Shown piece after piece: positions 9,829 through 23,839 of a stretch of 64,000 nucleotides of DNA. The position numbers and the translations under genes are program-made. The stretch comes from Octopus sinensis (taxonomy: Eukaryota). The notes below the pieces were generated by a model, which was given only the letters and a program-made list of their open reading frames with translations, was not told the origin of the DNA and did no database searches. Position 1 is the stretch's first letter. The number at the start of each line of letters is the position of its first letter. The stretch lies in contig NC_042998.1 in NCBI RefSeq assembly GCF_006345805.1, forward strand, positions 53,196,001 to 53,260,000, in the 5' to 3' direction.

Positions 9829-11003
9829 AACAATGATGATATACATACAATGGCTTATTTCTGTTTCTGCCAACCAATTCCACTGACAAGGCTTTGGTTA
9901 GCCCAGGGCAATAGTAAAAAATCACTTGCCCAAGATGCCATGCAATGGGACTATACCCAGAAAGTAAGCTGTCTACTCATAGTTACTTTCTGGTAGTCAA
10001 GGATGTGTGTGTGTGCATGCACGTGCATGCATGTGTGTGCATGTGCATGCATGTGTGAGTGTGTATGGCAGCAGCCCAATCTGAAATGTTGATGCAGTAC
10101 TCCATTGGGTACCTCACGTGAATTTTGCAGAAAGTTAGTAGTTAGGGTTGAAGTATGTTCTGGCTCTGAAAACGAGAACCAGAGTCTGTGTTGCATTTTG
10201 GCTATGTTGAAAATAAATAATGTAGTCCGAGATACACTATTCCTGAAAAGCAAATCAGGATTGTCATGGCTTGAATGCTTTTGATCTTAGGCCTGGTAGA
10301 TTAGAACTGACTTGGAGGTTAAACAAAAACAACATCAGTTGTAGCAATTGTTATCAAAATAACTATCATTATCAATATTCACCATCTACACAGCTTACAG
10401 ATGACTGCATTATTATATTCCCATCACCAGTACTGTTTTGCGCTTACATGTTATATATTGAAATGAAAGAGGAAAAAGCTGAAGGAAGGATTCTCTTGAA
10501 GATAAATGTTTTTGAAAGACAAAAGCAAGAAGAATGAAGGCGAGGAGGGAGGATTAGAAAAAAAAAAGTAATGTTGATAATGATGTGGATGAAACAAAAA
10601 GAAATGTATATATATATATAATAAAATAAGGAAAAAAGAAAAACAGAAATGTGAAAAAAATTGAGAAAATTGCAGAAGCAATGGAGAAAAGAACAAGTGA
10701 AACAGAAGCAAGTTTAGGAATGATGCAAATAGCAAAAAGGAAAAGCAGAGAAGATAAAACTGTGAATGTTGTAAAAACGAAATGAGAAAGTGAAGAAGAG
10801 AAAGATATGGTCTAGTTAAAGAGGAAATTATGCAAGGAATATCCAGAAATGAAATGTTGCTAGAGTCAGTGGGATTTTACTGTCGTAGCATTTTATATTA
10901 AGATAAGACTGAAAACTTTCATGAGTTCATTTTGAATGAGATTGATAATCTGTGTGTATATGTATGAGTGTGTATGTCCACGTGCTTGACTATGTGGTGG
11001 TAC

Positions 11004-11300
11004 ATACATACATGCATACATACATACATACATGCATGCATATGAACATACATACATATGAACATACATACATACATGCATACATAAATACATACATACA
11101 TACATACATACATACATACATACATGCATGCATATGAACATACATACATATGAACATACATACATACATACATACATACATACATGCATGCATATGAACA
11201 TACATACATATGAACATACATACATACATACATACATACATACATACATACATACATACATACATGCATGCATGCATGCATGCATGCATTCATAAATACA
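11004..11300. repeat. Compound (CATA)n microsatellite with a higher-order unit repeated three times
   Basis: catgcatgcatatgaacatacatacatatgaacata recurs at ~11031, ~11123 and ~11183. Confidence 0.9.
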
Positions 11301-11882
11301 TACACGACTATTTTGTCTTGTTATCAATTGTTCATGTAAATGTATGAATGAGCATGTGAATGACATTTATATATACATACACAAATATACATACATGCAT
11401 ACATATAAACACACACACATATACATACATATATATACATACATGCATATACACACACATATGTGTATATCTATATATATATATTTACATAAATGCACAC
11501 AAACATGCACACATACACACACATATATATATACACATACATAAATACATGCACATATGTGTGTGTGTGTGTACGTAGATACACACACACACACAGGTAT
11601 ATGTGCGTATGTATAATGAATGTAAGTATAGGACAGTGGATTTTATAGCTTCTTGATTGCATTTTTTATGTTCTGCCGTGTTGCCAGAGATTCTAGAGAA
11701 ATAAGTGATTTCAATGTATATAAGACAATAATATCTTAGACAGACCAGAATATCAAGTTGAACAAGGTGCAGAAACTACTCTTGTTTTAGGAAATTCAAA
11801 TCTCATATATTTTTTTGCATTTACAGAAGTAGTGGCTTGCTTAAATGCTTTTACACTGTGAGTTCAAATTCTATGGCAGACT

Positions 11883-12106
11883 CTCTTTACTCTTTTACTC
11901 TTTTACTTGTTTCAGTCATTTGACTGTGGCCATGCTGAAGCACCGCCTTTAATCGAGCAACTCGACCCCGGGACTTATTCTTTTTGTAAGCCCAGTACTT
12001 ATTCTATCGGTCTCTTTTTTGCCGAACCGCTAAGTAACGGGGACATAAACACACCAGCATCGGTTGTCAAGCAATGCTAGGGGGACAAACACAGACACAC
12101 AAACAA

Positions 12107-12137
<31 letters not shown>

Positions 12138-12310
12138 CATATATACGACAGGCTTCTTTCAGTTTCCGTCTACCAAATCCACTCACAAGGCATTGGTCGG
12201 CCCGGGGATATAGCAGAAGACACTTGCCCAAGATGCCACGCAGTGGGACTGAACCCGGAACCATGTGGTTGATTAGCAAGCTACTTACCACACAGCCACT
12301 CCTGCGCCTA
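11883..12310 (-). mobile_element. Young full-length SINE A copy (close relative at 56172-56562, minus)
   Basis: CpGs retained, complete head and tail with a (GTAAAAGA)n end; closely similar to the 56.2 kb copy. Confidence 0.92.
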
Positions 12311-13411
12311 TGTGTCTTTTTTATTTTTATTGTTTTGTTTCATTTTCTGTTTTCTTTTGTTTGTTTTTTCTATCTTGGTTTAGTCTAAAAGAAGGATCTG
12401 TGCTCATAGCCTTCACAAGCTCTCCGAGACTAGCGATATTGGCACCATTAAAAGATACTCATGATCAGTTCCTTGTTGATGTCTGCATGAAAAGGAGTTT
12501 GGAATTCCAGGGTATTGCCATTCTGGAAAAGGCAGATTGGTTATGATGTTTATTTTGTTTGGGATTTCAAAAAAAAAACCCCCAAAAAGGCATACCTGTT
12601 TTATACAAGAACTAATCACCCATTTCTTCACTGATTAATCTTAAGCAAAAGGTGAAAAAATAATCTTATTAACCTTTCAGCATACTATGTGGAGTTTAGT
12701 TAAAAAGTAAAGTTCCTTCTTAAGTCATACTGACTCATAAGAACCACTTTTCTGGCTTCCATGGCATATATATATATATACGCACAAAGTATGGGGGTTT
12801 AGTTCACAGGTGATCTAAATGATTAGGTATGCTAGGTAAGTACTGTAACGGATTACTAGGGCTCCAAGGTTATAGCAGAGACGGTAATTATGGAACCATT
12901 GCAGATTTCCAATGCAGTGGATATTTGATTGTTAAAGAGGACAACAAAAATTAAGGTGAGGCAAACATCTTAGGTTAGCTTGAGGTTATAGTAGAGGACA
13001 CTTGCCCAAAGGGCCATGCAGTGGGATTGAGCCCAGAACCCCATGGCTGGGAAACAAACTTTTTGCTACACAGCCACACCTGTACATTGTTTTGAACAAA
13101 ATAATTATGCATTATCTTGTAGCTTCAAGATTTTGATGAGTCAATTTGCTGATTTTCATGATGACATTGTAGGGCAGGTATGAGAGGTTAAACCAAGCCA
13201 TTTTAAACATAAAACAGGAAAAATATTAGGGCTTGATATGGCCTGTTTAAATGCTAAAAGGTTAACCATGTGTCACCTCATAGCTTAGGATTTTGATGAT
13301 GTAATTATTTTTTTTTACAATGACATTGTAGGGTAGGTATAAGAAAATGGATCTGGCCAGTTTGGACATATAACAGGTAGAATATTTAGGCTGGGTATGG
13401 TTAATTTAAAT

Positions 13412-13651
13412 CAGTAATTTTCAACCATTTTTTGCCTCTGGATCCCTTTGATTTCTATTTTACTCTACTGGACCCTCCATGGCCATTTGACGTGTATGAA
13501 ATAAGCATCTTGCTGTATTCTTATAAATAAATAGTATTAGGAATTGTATAAATATAAATTAAAATACTTCGTGTATTTAGAAGTATAACCAATCTAATGC
13601 ACATAAATTTTAACAAGAAAATCTTATATGGACCTTAGTTGAGAACCACTG
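13412..13651. mobile_element. hAT-like MITE
   Basis: Termini cagtaattttcaacc / gttgagaaccactg; 8-bp target-site duplication ATTTAAAT (13404-13411) / ATCTAAAT (13652-13659); inserted in a piggyBac-like MITE end. Confidence 0.75.
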
Positions 13652-14088
13652 ATCTAAATACTAAAGGGTTAAAGACAATAGTAAAATAGATAAGAAATTA
13701 ATTCTCATGGCAAAAATCCAATGAGCTTATGAATAAAATCAAGTCTTGTATAATATGCTTTGCCAAGTTTCTTCATAACCCTAGAACTCAAATGCAGGAT
13801 CTATAAACAAGCCTTCTATTGAATCAGAAGTGAAATAGAGGAATTTCTAACCAGCTAGAACTATAGCAAAATCCCAAAATTATCCTTACTGTCACGAAAA
13901 CCAAAGTTAAACCATTATACACTAGTCTGAAGACTATCTAAATAAAAGGCAGTATCATCAAGACAGGAATGGGTGATCACCATCAAACAACTCTACATTG
14001 CTACTACACACCAACTGACTCATTGTAGCCTCTCTATCTCCTATCTATCTATCTATCTATCTATCTATCCATCTGTCTATCTATCTAT

Positions 14089-14125
<37 letters not shown>

Positions 14126-14224
14126 AGCATGTGTATATATATGTAATTGTGTGTATATATATAAGCATGTGTATATATATGTATGCGTGTATATATATAT
14201 GTGTGTGTATGTATATGTGTGTAG

Positions 14225-14314
<90 letters not shown>

Positions 14315-15309
14315 TTATCCACAAACTCTACGTTGATCACAACCAGCCATTTTAATCTATACTGATCCCCACCGCTCTCCCCATTAGACTGCTACAAAGA
14401 ATGCAATCCATCTCAAACAAAGCGAATAAATGCTTATTTAGCTTAAGTAAGGAATTGCAAGTGAGACTAATGATAGGTTAATTGTTACAGAGAGCCAGAC
14501 TCTTTGTTAATGCACAGTGAGACAAATTGTGAATAATCAACACTATTGAATTGAACTCCATTCACAAATTGGGTTTAATCTATCTTTATTTGACAAGTTT
14601 CAGATGTGTTACAATACTTGAGCTTTTAACCTTCTATCTTGAAGCTATCTCATGGAATGTTAATACAATGTATGATTGTAATTACAAGGGTGGCCTCAAG
14701 AGTGAAATTACCATCATATATTCAAAGAATTATTTCTGACGCATCATAATTAGAAAGAATACTTTGAATGTAAGACAGACATCTCAAACATTATAAATAC
14801 CTATATATTATGTTTTAAACTAGTACATGTGTAAATCAATACAAGTCAAGGAAATGCTTTTGTCTGAATTAATTCTACCATGATATCATAATAAAGTTTT
14901 GTTAATACTTTGTTATTAGGATGATGTAAAATGTGTATATAAAATTAGTCAATGCATTATATAAAATCAAGTCTGATTTGGTTTCAATAAGTAAGCTGTG
15001 TCCTTGTGGGCAGTTAAAGAGAGAGCTTTCGCTGAGGAAATCTCAAAACAGGATGGAAACTAGTCCAGCTGATTCTTCATTTTCTTTTCACAGACATACT
15101 GTTTATAATTAGGTTCTTACAATTGTCCATATGTACTATGTTGGCAAAGATCTGTAGATATATTCTATTGCAGAGTATCACATTAAAATAAAGCACTGAC
15201 AATGTACCAGTAACTCATACACACACACAAACACACATGCACATATATCTATCAATGAAAACACATATACATAAATATACTTCATAATGCTAACCTTGGA
15301 TTGTAGAGT

Positions 15310-15716
15310 AACCCACTGTTCTTGAGGAAACCTATTGAGTCAAGTATATCAACACCAACATCAATATAAAAATCAAATGGAAATTGTAGTTAAGATTCCT
15401 GTGCTGGTGGTACGTAAAAAGCACTATCCAAATGTGGCTGATGGCAGCACCACCTGACTGGCGTCTGTGTCAGTGACACATAAAAAGCACCAACCGATCA
15501 TGGCCATTTGCCAGTCTCTTCTGGCCCCTGTGCCGGTGGCACGTAAAAAGCACTCACTACCCTCATGGAGTGGTTGGCGTTAGGAAGGGCATCCAGCTGT
15601 AGAAACACTGCCAGATCAGACTGGAACCTGACGCAGCCTCCTGGCTTCCCAGACCCCAGTCGAACCGTCCAACCCATGCTAGCATGGAAAATGGATGTTT
15701 GATGATGATGATGATG
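15310..15716 (+). mobile_element. RTE LINE 3' UTR fragment with (GAT)n tail
   Basis: Three GTGCCGGTGGCACGTAAAAAGCAC-type units, gtggttggcgttaggaagggcatccagctgtagaaac, ccatgctagcatgg and (GAT)n. Confidence 0.8.
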
Positions 15717-16244
15717 AATATCTTTTCCTTATGAATAAAGATAGAAATATTTAAGCATGACACCACTTGACTACAGCTGTCATTCAAATAAAGTATGTAT
15801 GGTTGACAGAAGCAGTTGATGTACTAAGAATACCCAATCAGCTATTTGCAGAAAATTTGTATCATTTCAGTGAGACAGTTACCATTCTATGATATTCTTT
15901 GCTGCAAATATTATGATTCATTCAATGCAACTATAAACAAATAATTTAGAATGATCAAATCTAATTGATTCTTAAGCAGGAACTGAATTATGTATCATTC
16001 AATATAAGGAATATACAGATTGTGTCCTTTCAGGAGCCAGTGCCACTTAAATAGCACACATGCTGGTACTGTGTTAACACACCTATGCCGGTGCTGTGTA
16101 AAGCACCCAACTCACACTGTTGAGTGGTTGGTGTTAGGAAAGGCATCCAGACATAAAAACCATGTCACAACAGACAGCTAGAATCTGGACAGCTTCCTGC
16201 AATCCAGCTCCATGTCAAACCATCCAACCCATGGCAGCATAGAA

Positions 16245-16857
16245 AGCAGAAATGGATGTGTGTGTATGTGTGCATGCATGTGTGTGTAAAAGAGAGAGAG
16301 AAAGTGAAGGTGTGTGTTGTCATGTATGTATTTTTTGCATCTATATGTAAGTGGCACTCACTCACTCTCTCTCTCATTCATATACACAAATATACACAAA
16401 TTCATGTACATAAATACATATGCATACATCCATTTTGTATGTATGTGCATGTGAGAGAGAACGTGAGTGACTGTATTTCCTCATAACATATAGTAAAGTA
16501 TGCACTCATATAGAAAATGTGACATCATCATCATTGTGGTATAAATTGTTGTTTAGGGTAGTTGAATTATAAAAAAGATTATATTGTTAAATTTTTGTAA
16601 TGCAAATATGTAAAGTTTATTTGATAGCCAAAAGATTGTTGAATCTTTTGATACTTCATAAGTCAAAAATCGGTGACTCAGTTCTCGAATTTATTCATTA
16701 ATTTCTGTAAAACCATTTTATTTCTTTGTGCTTTGAAGAGAGCAGAAATTGAAAGAGAAGAGAAAGTGAAAAGGTGACATTTGCTTTGGAGTGAGAGCAG
16801 AAAGTGAAAGAGGAGAAAGTGGAAGATCTATGTATGTGTACATGAAATGGATGTGTA

Positions 16858-16910
<53 letters not shown>

Positions 16911-17300
16911 TAGAGTGAGTGAAGGTGTGTGTTGTCATGAATGTGTAAGTGGCACTCACTCGGTCTCTCTCTCTGTATCACACACACAAATCTTTCATAT
17001 ACACATACATGTGCATACATCTTTTTTTGTATATATGCTTGTGAGAGAGTGAGTGAGTGACTGTATTTCCTCATAACATATAGAGAAATGGATGTCTTTT
17101 AATGTACACACTCATATAGGAAATGTGATGTTGTTGCCATAGTATAAAATGTTTACAACAGTTGACTAAAAGAAAAGATTAAAATGCAAAATTTTTGTAA
17201 TGTAAATATGCAAATGAAAATAAAGTTTATTTGGTAGTCGTAAGATTACTGAATCTTTTAATACCTCATACGTCAAAATTGGCAACTCAGTTTTCAAATG
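16245..17300 (+). repeat. Two diverged tandem copies (~16245-16690 and ~16845-17300) of a ~450-bp unit
   Basis: Shared blocks gaaggtgtgtgttgtcatg, gtaagtggcactcactc, gtgagtgactgtatttcctcataacatatag and taaagtttattt...gtcaaaa. Downstream 17540-17700 resembles a Helentron/DINE-like end. Confidence 0.8.
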
Positions 17301-18849
17301 CAAAAGAAAGATACACACACACACACACATGCGCGCACACACAGACACACACAAACTCTCTTTCATATATTTGGAAGTGTGCCTGTGTGTCGTTCTCTCT
17401 GTCTGTCTGTCTCTCACATTCCTTGTGTGTCTATCTCTTCCTACCTCCTCCCCTTCCTTGATATCAGCCGCTCTCATTATGCCCCATTTCCCTAAACCTA
17501 ACACTTTTGCACTTCTCTCATTTTATTATGTAATAGCCCAAACCCCATACTCGGTCCATTATCGATTTTTATTGAAATCCAATTAGTCTATAATTGATCT
17601 GGATGTTAGTTCAACATGTACGCAAAGTTTACTGAAGGTTGGTTCCCCGGTTTGGGCAGCAAGATGGTAACAGACAGACAGAAATTGTCATATATATATG
17701 ATATATGTGCCTCCTAACAACAGAAAGGGAATGCACACATACACACACAAACACAAACATACACCCACCTACAATGGGCTTCTTTCAGTTTCCATCAATA
17801 AAAACCATTCACAGGCTTTGCTGAACTGAGGCTATGGTAGAAGACACTTGTCCAATGTGACATGCAATAGAACCAAACCCAGAACCATGTGTTTTGGAAG
17901 AAAACTTCTTATCACTCAGCCGCCACACCTGCACCTATATATGTGTCAATGTGTATGTGGGCATGCTTAAGAAAGCAACATTTTCTAAAGCAATAGTTTC
18001 CAATATTTTTAAAATCTTTTATTATTACTCCACAATTATATGATAAAATGTCATCAGGATCTTGACACTTAGAGGCAAAAGAATCAATCATAATTTATCA
18101 ACGGAGTCTATTAGTTTCAGATTAAGAAAAAGTGCATGAGCGAAAGAGAGAGTGGTAGGAGAGAGATTACAATTGCCTTTTAGTACAAAAAAAAGAAAAA
18201 TGTTATGATAATTAGCTCTATCTTTAATTTTTATTATGTGTGTGCATAATGCTGTCACTGCTGTATGCTTCTTTAATACTTTCTTTACTTTTTGCTTTTT
18301 GTTTTGATATTCTCATCAGCAGAAAAGTGAAATTAAGTGAGATTAATATAGTTAAATGAGCTTAAAGACTTGGAGACTTAATGTAGCAGCAGACAACTAA
18401 ACTGCACAGTGAATTGATCACATGAAGTACTACAATACTACATGTGATGCTTGGTATGAATGAGATTCAGGTAGAAACACAAATAGCTAATATAAAATAG
18501 GTAAACAGGTGCAATTGCAGACTGTGTGCGCAGTGGTTATGGGGAACTAGTTTGGAAGAGAGTTTTATTTAGCTATTTATTTATAATAGTAAATCAAAGA
18601 AATTAAGTAAAAATTGTATTTCATGAATAGCTAGACAATATTTTGTTATATTGGGTGATGTGTGTGTGTGCATATATATATATACATACCTACACACATG
18701 TATTTTAATGCAAACAGGATAAGTGCCAATGCACAAAGCTCTTGGACCTTGAGTCACTTTGTTGCTTCTGCTAGATATTAATAAAAATATGGTGCCCCAA
18801 CATGGCCACAGACTATGACTAAAACAAGTAAAAAGAATAGAAGATGTAT

Positions 18850-19070
18850 ATGAGGTGGGTGCTGAAAAGTTGCTGGCTTTGAGTAAAAGAAAATTCAGGA
18901 GGATCAGTTAATCATGATTTTATTCAACATATTCTTCTCTCAGATTCACACACTTATTGCAACAGTCCTTCAGTTTTTCTAGGCCCTGAGAAAGAACTCG
19001 GAAGGTTGGGCCTCCAGCCAGGCATTTTACAATACCCTTAGAGCCAGGAACTTTTCATCACCCCCTTGTA
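18850..19070. mobile_element. Mariner-type MITE (second copy at ~45550-45772)
   Basis: TIRs gggtgctgaaaagttgctggct / agccaggaacttttcatcaccc with TA flanks; internal sequence shared with the 45.6 kb copy. Confidence 0.8.
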
Positions 19071-19499
19071 TATGTGCAAGTGTATGTGTGTGTATGAATT
19101 TGTGTGTGTGTGTGTGTGATATTTGTATCTTTATACATGCACACACACATATCTACACAAACATACATACACACACACATACATACACACACATATGTAT
19201 GCATAATCATTATCACCATTTTAATATTCACTTTTCAGCAGATTTTCAATAGCCAGAAACACTTTCTGTCGTCAACTCTCACCTGCTGCCAAACACAAAA
19301 GTATTTCCCTAGTTATTCCAACATGAAGAGTGCAATGGCTGGTCATGTCTTCATGGAAGTTTGCAAAAAACCAACACCACATGTATGAAGGTGATGTTTG
19401 TTTACAATCAGTGCATGCTGTCAAGACATGGAAACACAAGTACACACAGTCACATTCATTACATTGCATACATGCATATATACATACTCATATATGAGC

Positions 19500-21830
19500 C
19501 TAATTTTATTCCTGAAAATATAACAGCAAAAATAATACCACATTGGAAATGTCCTAGATCAAACATGACCTCAACAACAACCTTTTGCTACTACTATGTA
19601 GCCTAGCAAGCAAGCTGGCCACTCTATGCTGACATGTTTCTACCCTGACTACCAACATGATGTCACCAAACCTAACAACAACAATGACAAAAATATTCCA
19701 TAAGTCGGCTAGGATATTCTCAATAAAATCTTTTAAGGAGAGATTATTTCATTCTTTTAAAATTATGCCTTGAGAAAAGACTGCATCTAACTAGCATAAA
19801 TAAAAAAAAACACCAAATGAACTGACTTTAATGGTGCATAATAAAGTCAAGAGAAATTTTTTACAACAATGTAAAGATCCCTCATTTTGGCAAATTAACA
19901 CTTGTTTATATGTTCTCCCAATGACATCAAAACACCATCTTGGACATAAAGAATAACAGAAAGGGGAAAAAAGAATAAAAAAAGGCTGTTGTTGTGAGTT
20001 TTGTAAACAGAAAATGATTGACAATCTGCAAAAAACTATGAGTCATATTACATTAGTTATCACATGCAAACAAAGCAATAATTACAGTCCTCACCAACAA
20101 AGAGTGTAAAACAGAATACTAAAAACGTTTGGTGATAGTCAAAAGTACATTGGTTTTCAGACTAATCACCTTCAAACAGGAACTAAAAGCCATCAGCTAA
20201 AAACTCCAGTGTTACAAGAAAGTATCTGAAAGTAAAAAAAAGATTAACAAGAAATTTAATGGAAATCAATCACCAGTCTACAGAAACAATCAATAAAAAT
20301 CACAGCGGTTCCTTCCCAGGAAGATACAGAATCATTGTAGAGAAAAATCTGGAGTGAGGCAATGGAATTTAATCAGTGAGTGGCTACAAGAAATGTGGAA
20401 TAAATTTTGTCTCTGTATTCAACCATATATATATAAATACAGCATCAATGGCAAAATACTTGAGACTAATCCAAAGATTTCAGGACAGGAAACCATCAGG
20501 AAGGGACTCAATTCGCAGCTACTGGTACAATTGACCTTCACCAGTAAGCTCTTAATGGAGACATAAATAAACCAGACAGGTTAATGCTAGCAGAAACAAA
20601 ACTGATTCCCCCAAACAATACCACTTACATAGTGGAAAACTATTGGTCTGTAGTGGACCAGAAACTCCTGTATAAAATGTATAGAGCCTATCTGAACCCG
20701 TTCTTCCAAGAATGCTGTGATAATAATAACATGATCACAACCGAAGAAGAAGCTGAAAAAGAGCGGTTTTGGAGATGTACTGAGCAATCTTGATCAACAA
20801 AACAGTGATGTCAGGGGTATGGTAGCTTAGGAGGAACTTGGTCAAAATCTGACTGGATTATGAGAAAGCATTTGACTATTTCTCACTTCTCAGAAAGTAT
20901 TCTCTGACTGATGACCGAGAATAAGCACCTGGAGAAGTTGCACAATTCTACCACAACAGGGCATCAGAACAGAGGTTACAGACACAGGAGCAAACACTTA
21001 TGCTTGGCTATATTCTCAAAAGTGACTAGAGTTATCTATCTAAGACTAACAACTTGAATAATAGCTCTCACATTGATGGATATGCTTTTGCAATACAGGA
21101 GTAGGAAATAGTCAAAAGACACCTGATAAGAAAAGGGGATAAGAATGCAAATAAACCTCTTTGACTTGACAAATGATGTAGATTTTTGTGACGATGAGGA
21201 TGTCACAAACTTCATAAACAGCTGCTTGAAAATTACCAACTTATGATGCATGGTGTCTCTATATAATGAAATCTGTGAAAAAGATAATCTTGAAAAGACA
21301 ACTACTAGAAACTACAATGATGTGGAGAGAATAACCACTCATGATATGAAAGAACACTGGTGGAATGTCTCAGTCAAGGCTTCAATAAAATGCAAGCACA
21401 ACATAATGATCTAGGACTGAAAAATGAAACTATAAACAGAAGTTGAAATCAGTTGCCCAGTAAATGTCAACATAATGTTAAAGATCAGTGAAAAAGAAAA
21501 TATCTTTTCTAAACTGATAAGAAATCTGCAGGTACTCCATCCAGAGAGAGCACTTTATATTTCTACTCATAATTAGTGGAGTACTGCACTTAAGTACATC
21601 ACTAACTGGCTGAGTACCAATTTTGGCTACATAACTAACTGCCTCAGTACCAATTTTGGCTACATGACCAACTTGCTGAGTACCAATTTTGGACACATAA
21701 CTAACTGCCTCATGGCTGATCTTGAGGAGCTGGGGATTCACAAAGCGAGAAAGAACACAGCAGAGAAGATTACAGTGACAAACTATCGAAGGTACTGTCA
21801 AAATATGTAAAACACATGAAATTCAGCTTA
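19500..21830 (+). mobile_element. Highly degenerate, internally deleted R4/Dong-like non-LTR retrotransposon (RT and REL endonuclease)
   Basis: Fragmentary frames PSQEDTESL*RKIWSE; PSGRDSIRSYWY; TKLIPPNN..ENYWSV..KLLYKMY...NNMITTEE..FWRCTEQ; LDYEKAFD; EISCPVNVNIMLKISEKENIF; TIEGTVKICKT, in the expected order with many stops and frameshifts. Confidence 0.8.
21601..21711 (+). repeat. 33-bp minisatellite, about 3.4 copies, inside the R4-like remnant
   Basis: Unit approximately actaactg(g/c)ct(g/c)agtaccaattttggctacata. Confidence 0.9.
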
Positions 21831-22239
21831 TAATAAGATCCACGTATACAATGCCATCCATGCTAGTGCTCCTGTATACATGAGCACATATGTTTATGCA
21901 TACACATGTGCATGCATACATACATACGTATTTACAAACATACGTATGCACATACATACATGCATGTATATATCTTCTATTTTACTAGTTTGAGTCATTA
22001 AAATGCTTCCAAGGTGGGGCACCCCCTCGAAGGGTTTTAGTCAAACAATTCAACCCCAGTACTTATATTATTTTAAGCCTGGTATTTATTCTATCATTTT
22101 CTTTTGCCAAACTGCTAGGGGACATTAACAAGCCAACACAAGCTGTCGTGTGGTGGTTGTTGTAGTGGGGACAAACACAAAGGCACGCAGACACACACAT
22201 GTATATATATATATATACATACACACATACATATTCAGT

Positions 22240-22346
<107 letters not shown>

Positions 22347-22489
22347 GGACTTCTTTCAGTTTCCATCCACCAAATCCACTCACAAGGCTTTAGTTGGCCC
22401 AAGGCAAAAGTAGAAGCCATTTGCCCACTGAATCTGGAATGATGAGGTTGAGAAGCAAGTTTCTTACCACTCAATAATACACATGCATA

Positions 22490-22760
22490 TACGAGGTCTG
22501 GTTAATAAGTATCCAGACTGTTACCATAGAAGCTAAAGCATGCAGAGTGAAGCCGTTTTGAAGGTATGGAGGCTGTAATGATGGAGCTGAGGAGCATCCC
22601 AGATGAATCCTTCTAGCAGTGCATAGAGCCATGATAGAGAAGGTTGGAAAAATGCATTAGATATGAGGGGGATTACTTTGAAGGGGAAACCATGTTGTTT
22701 GTAGTTTGAAATTGAAATAAATTGTTTGTGACACCAGTCCCTTCAGACAGATCTCAAATA
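22490..22760 (+). mobile_element. Internally deleted mariner element
   Basis: TA-cgaggtctg terminus; ELRSIPDESF*QCIEP**RRLEKCIRYEGDYFEG matches the mariner transposase C-terminus (KC...GDYFE). Confidence 0.8.
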
Positions 22761-23384
22761 TGTATGCTCATGCTGATGCCATGTAAAAAGCACCCAAAAC
22801 CCTCTGTAAAGAGGTTGATATTAGGAAGGGCATCCAGCCATAAAAACCAAGGCTGGAATCGGGTACAACTCTTCAGCTTGTCAGTTCTGGTCAAACCATC
22901 CGATGTAAACAGGGAAAACGGATGTAAGATGATGGTAACAATGACAATGTTGATGATCATGATGTATAAGTGCGTGCATGCAACAGCCAATAACTATCAC
23001 TGCATGTACATCTGCGCATCAGCAGACTTGATCCCAAATGTAATTAGCCAATCGCTAATAGATTTCACCGATGCATTTGTTATGCTACCAGAATGTATTG
23101 ACATGCAATTTTAAACAGATGTCTGATCAACCACTGTATTCATATAACTCCCTGCAGTGGGTGTACTCTATTCCTAATTAAATTAATGGACGATTCTAAT
23201 AATTTAAATACTTGCAAGCAACACTGACATCAGCATGATAGAGATATTCTCAAGGGACATGTCTAAAAAGTATACACACATATAGTTTCAATTTCTGCTG
23301 TTCATGCCATCTTCCCTTTTTATCAATATAAAGCTGTTAAGAGAAAATATAAGGGAATTAATAAAAGTTTATAGTTTATATCTA

Positions 23385-23491
23385 TCAGTCCTACTGCATG
23401 GCATCTTGGGCAAGTGTCTTCTACTATAGCCTCGGGCCAACCAAAGCCTTGTGAGTGGATTTGGTAGACGGAAACTGAAAGAAGCCTGTCG

Positions 23492-23553
<62 letters not shown>

Positions 23554-23730
23554 GTATGTTGTGTGTGTATATATAGGAGTGGCTGTGTGGTAAGTAGCTT
23601 GCTAACCAACCACATGGTTCCGGGTTCAGTCCCACTGCGTGGCACCTTGGGCAAGGTCTTCTGCCTATAGTCTTGGCCGACCAAGCCTTGTGAGTGATTT
23701 GGTAGACAGAAACTGAAAGTCTGTCGTATA

Positions 23731-23780
<50 letters not shown>

Positions 23781-23795
23781 ATATATATATGTATA

Positions 23796-23839
<44 letters not shown>

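Noticed and set aside
11827-11857. Plus-strand 31-nt mini-exon with a GTGAGT donor
   Set aside because: The donor lies within a decayed SINE B B-box (tgagttcaaatt).
22998-23110. Minus-strand SAM-like peptide SVKSISDWLITFGIKSADAQMY
   Set aside because: Bounded by stops with no usable splice acceptor; the resemblance is probably chance.
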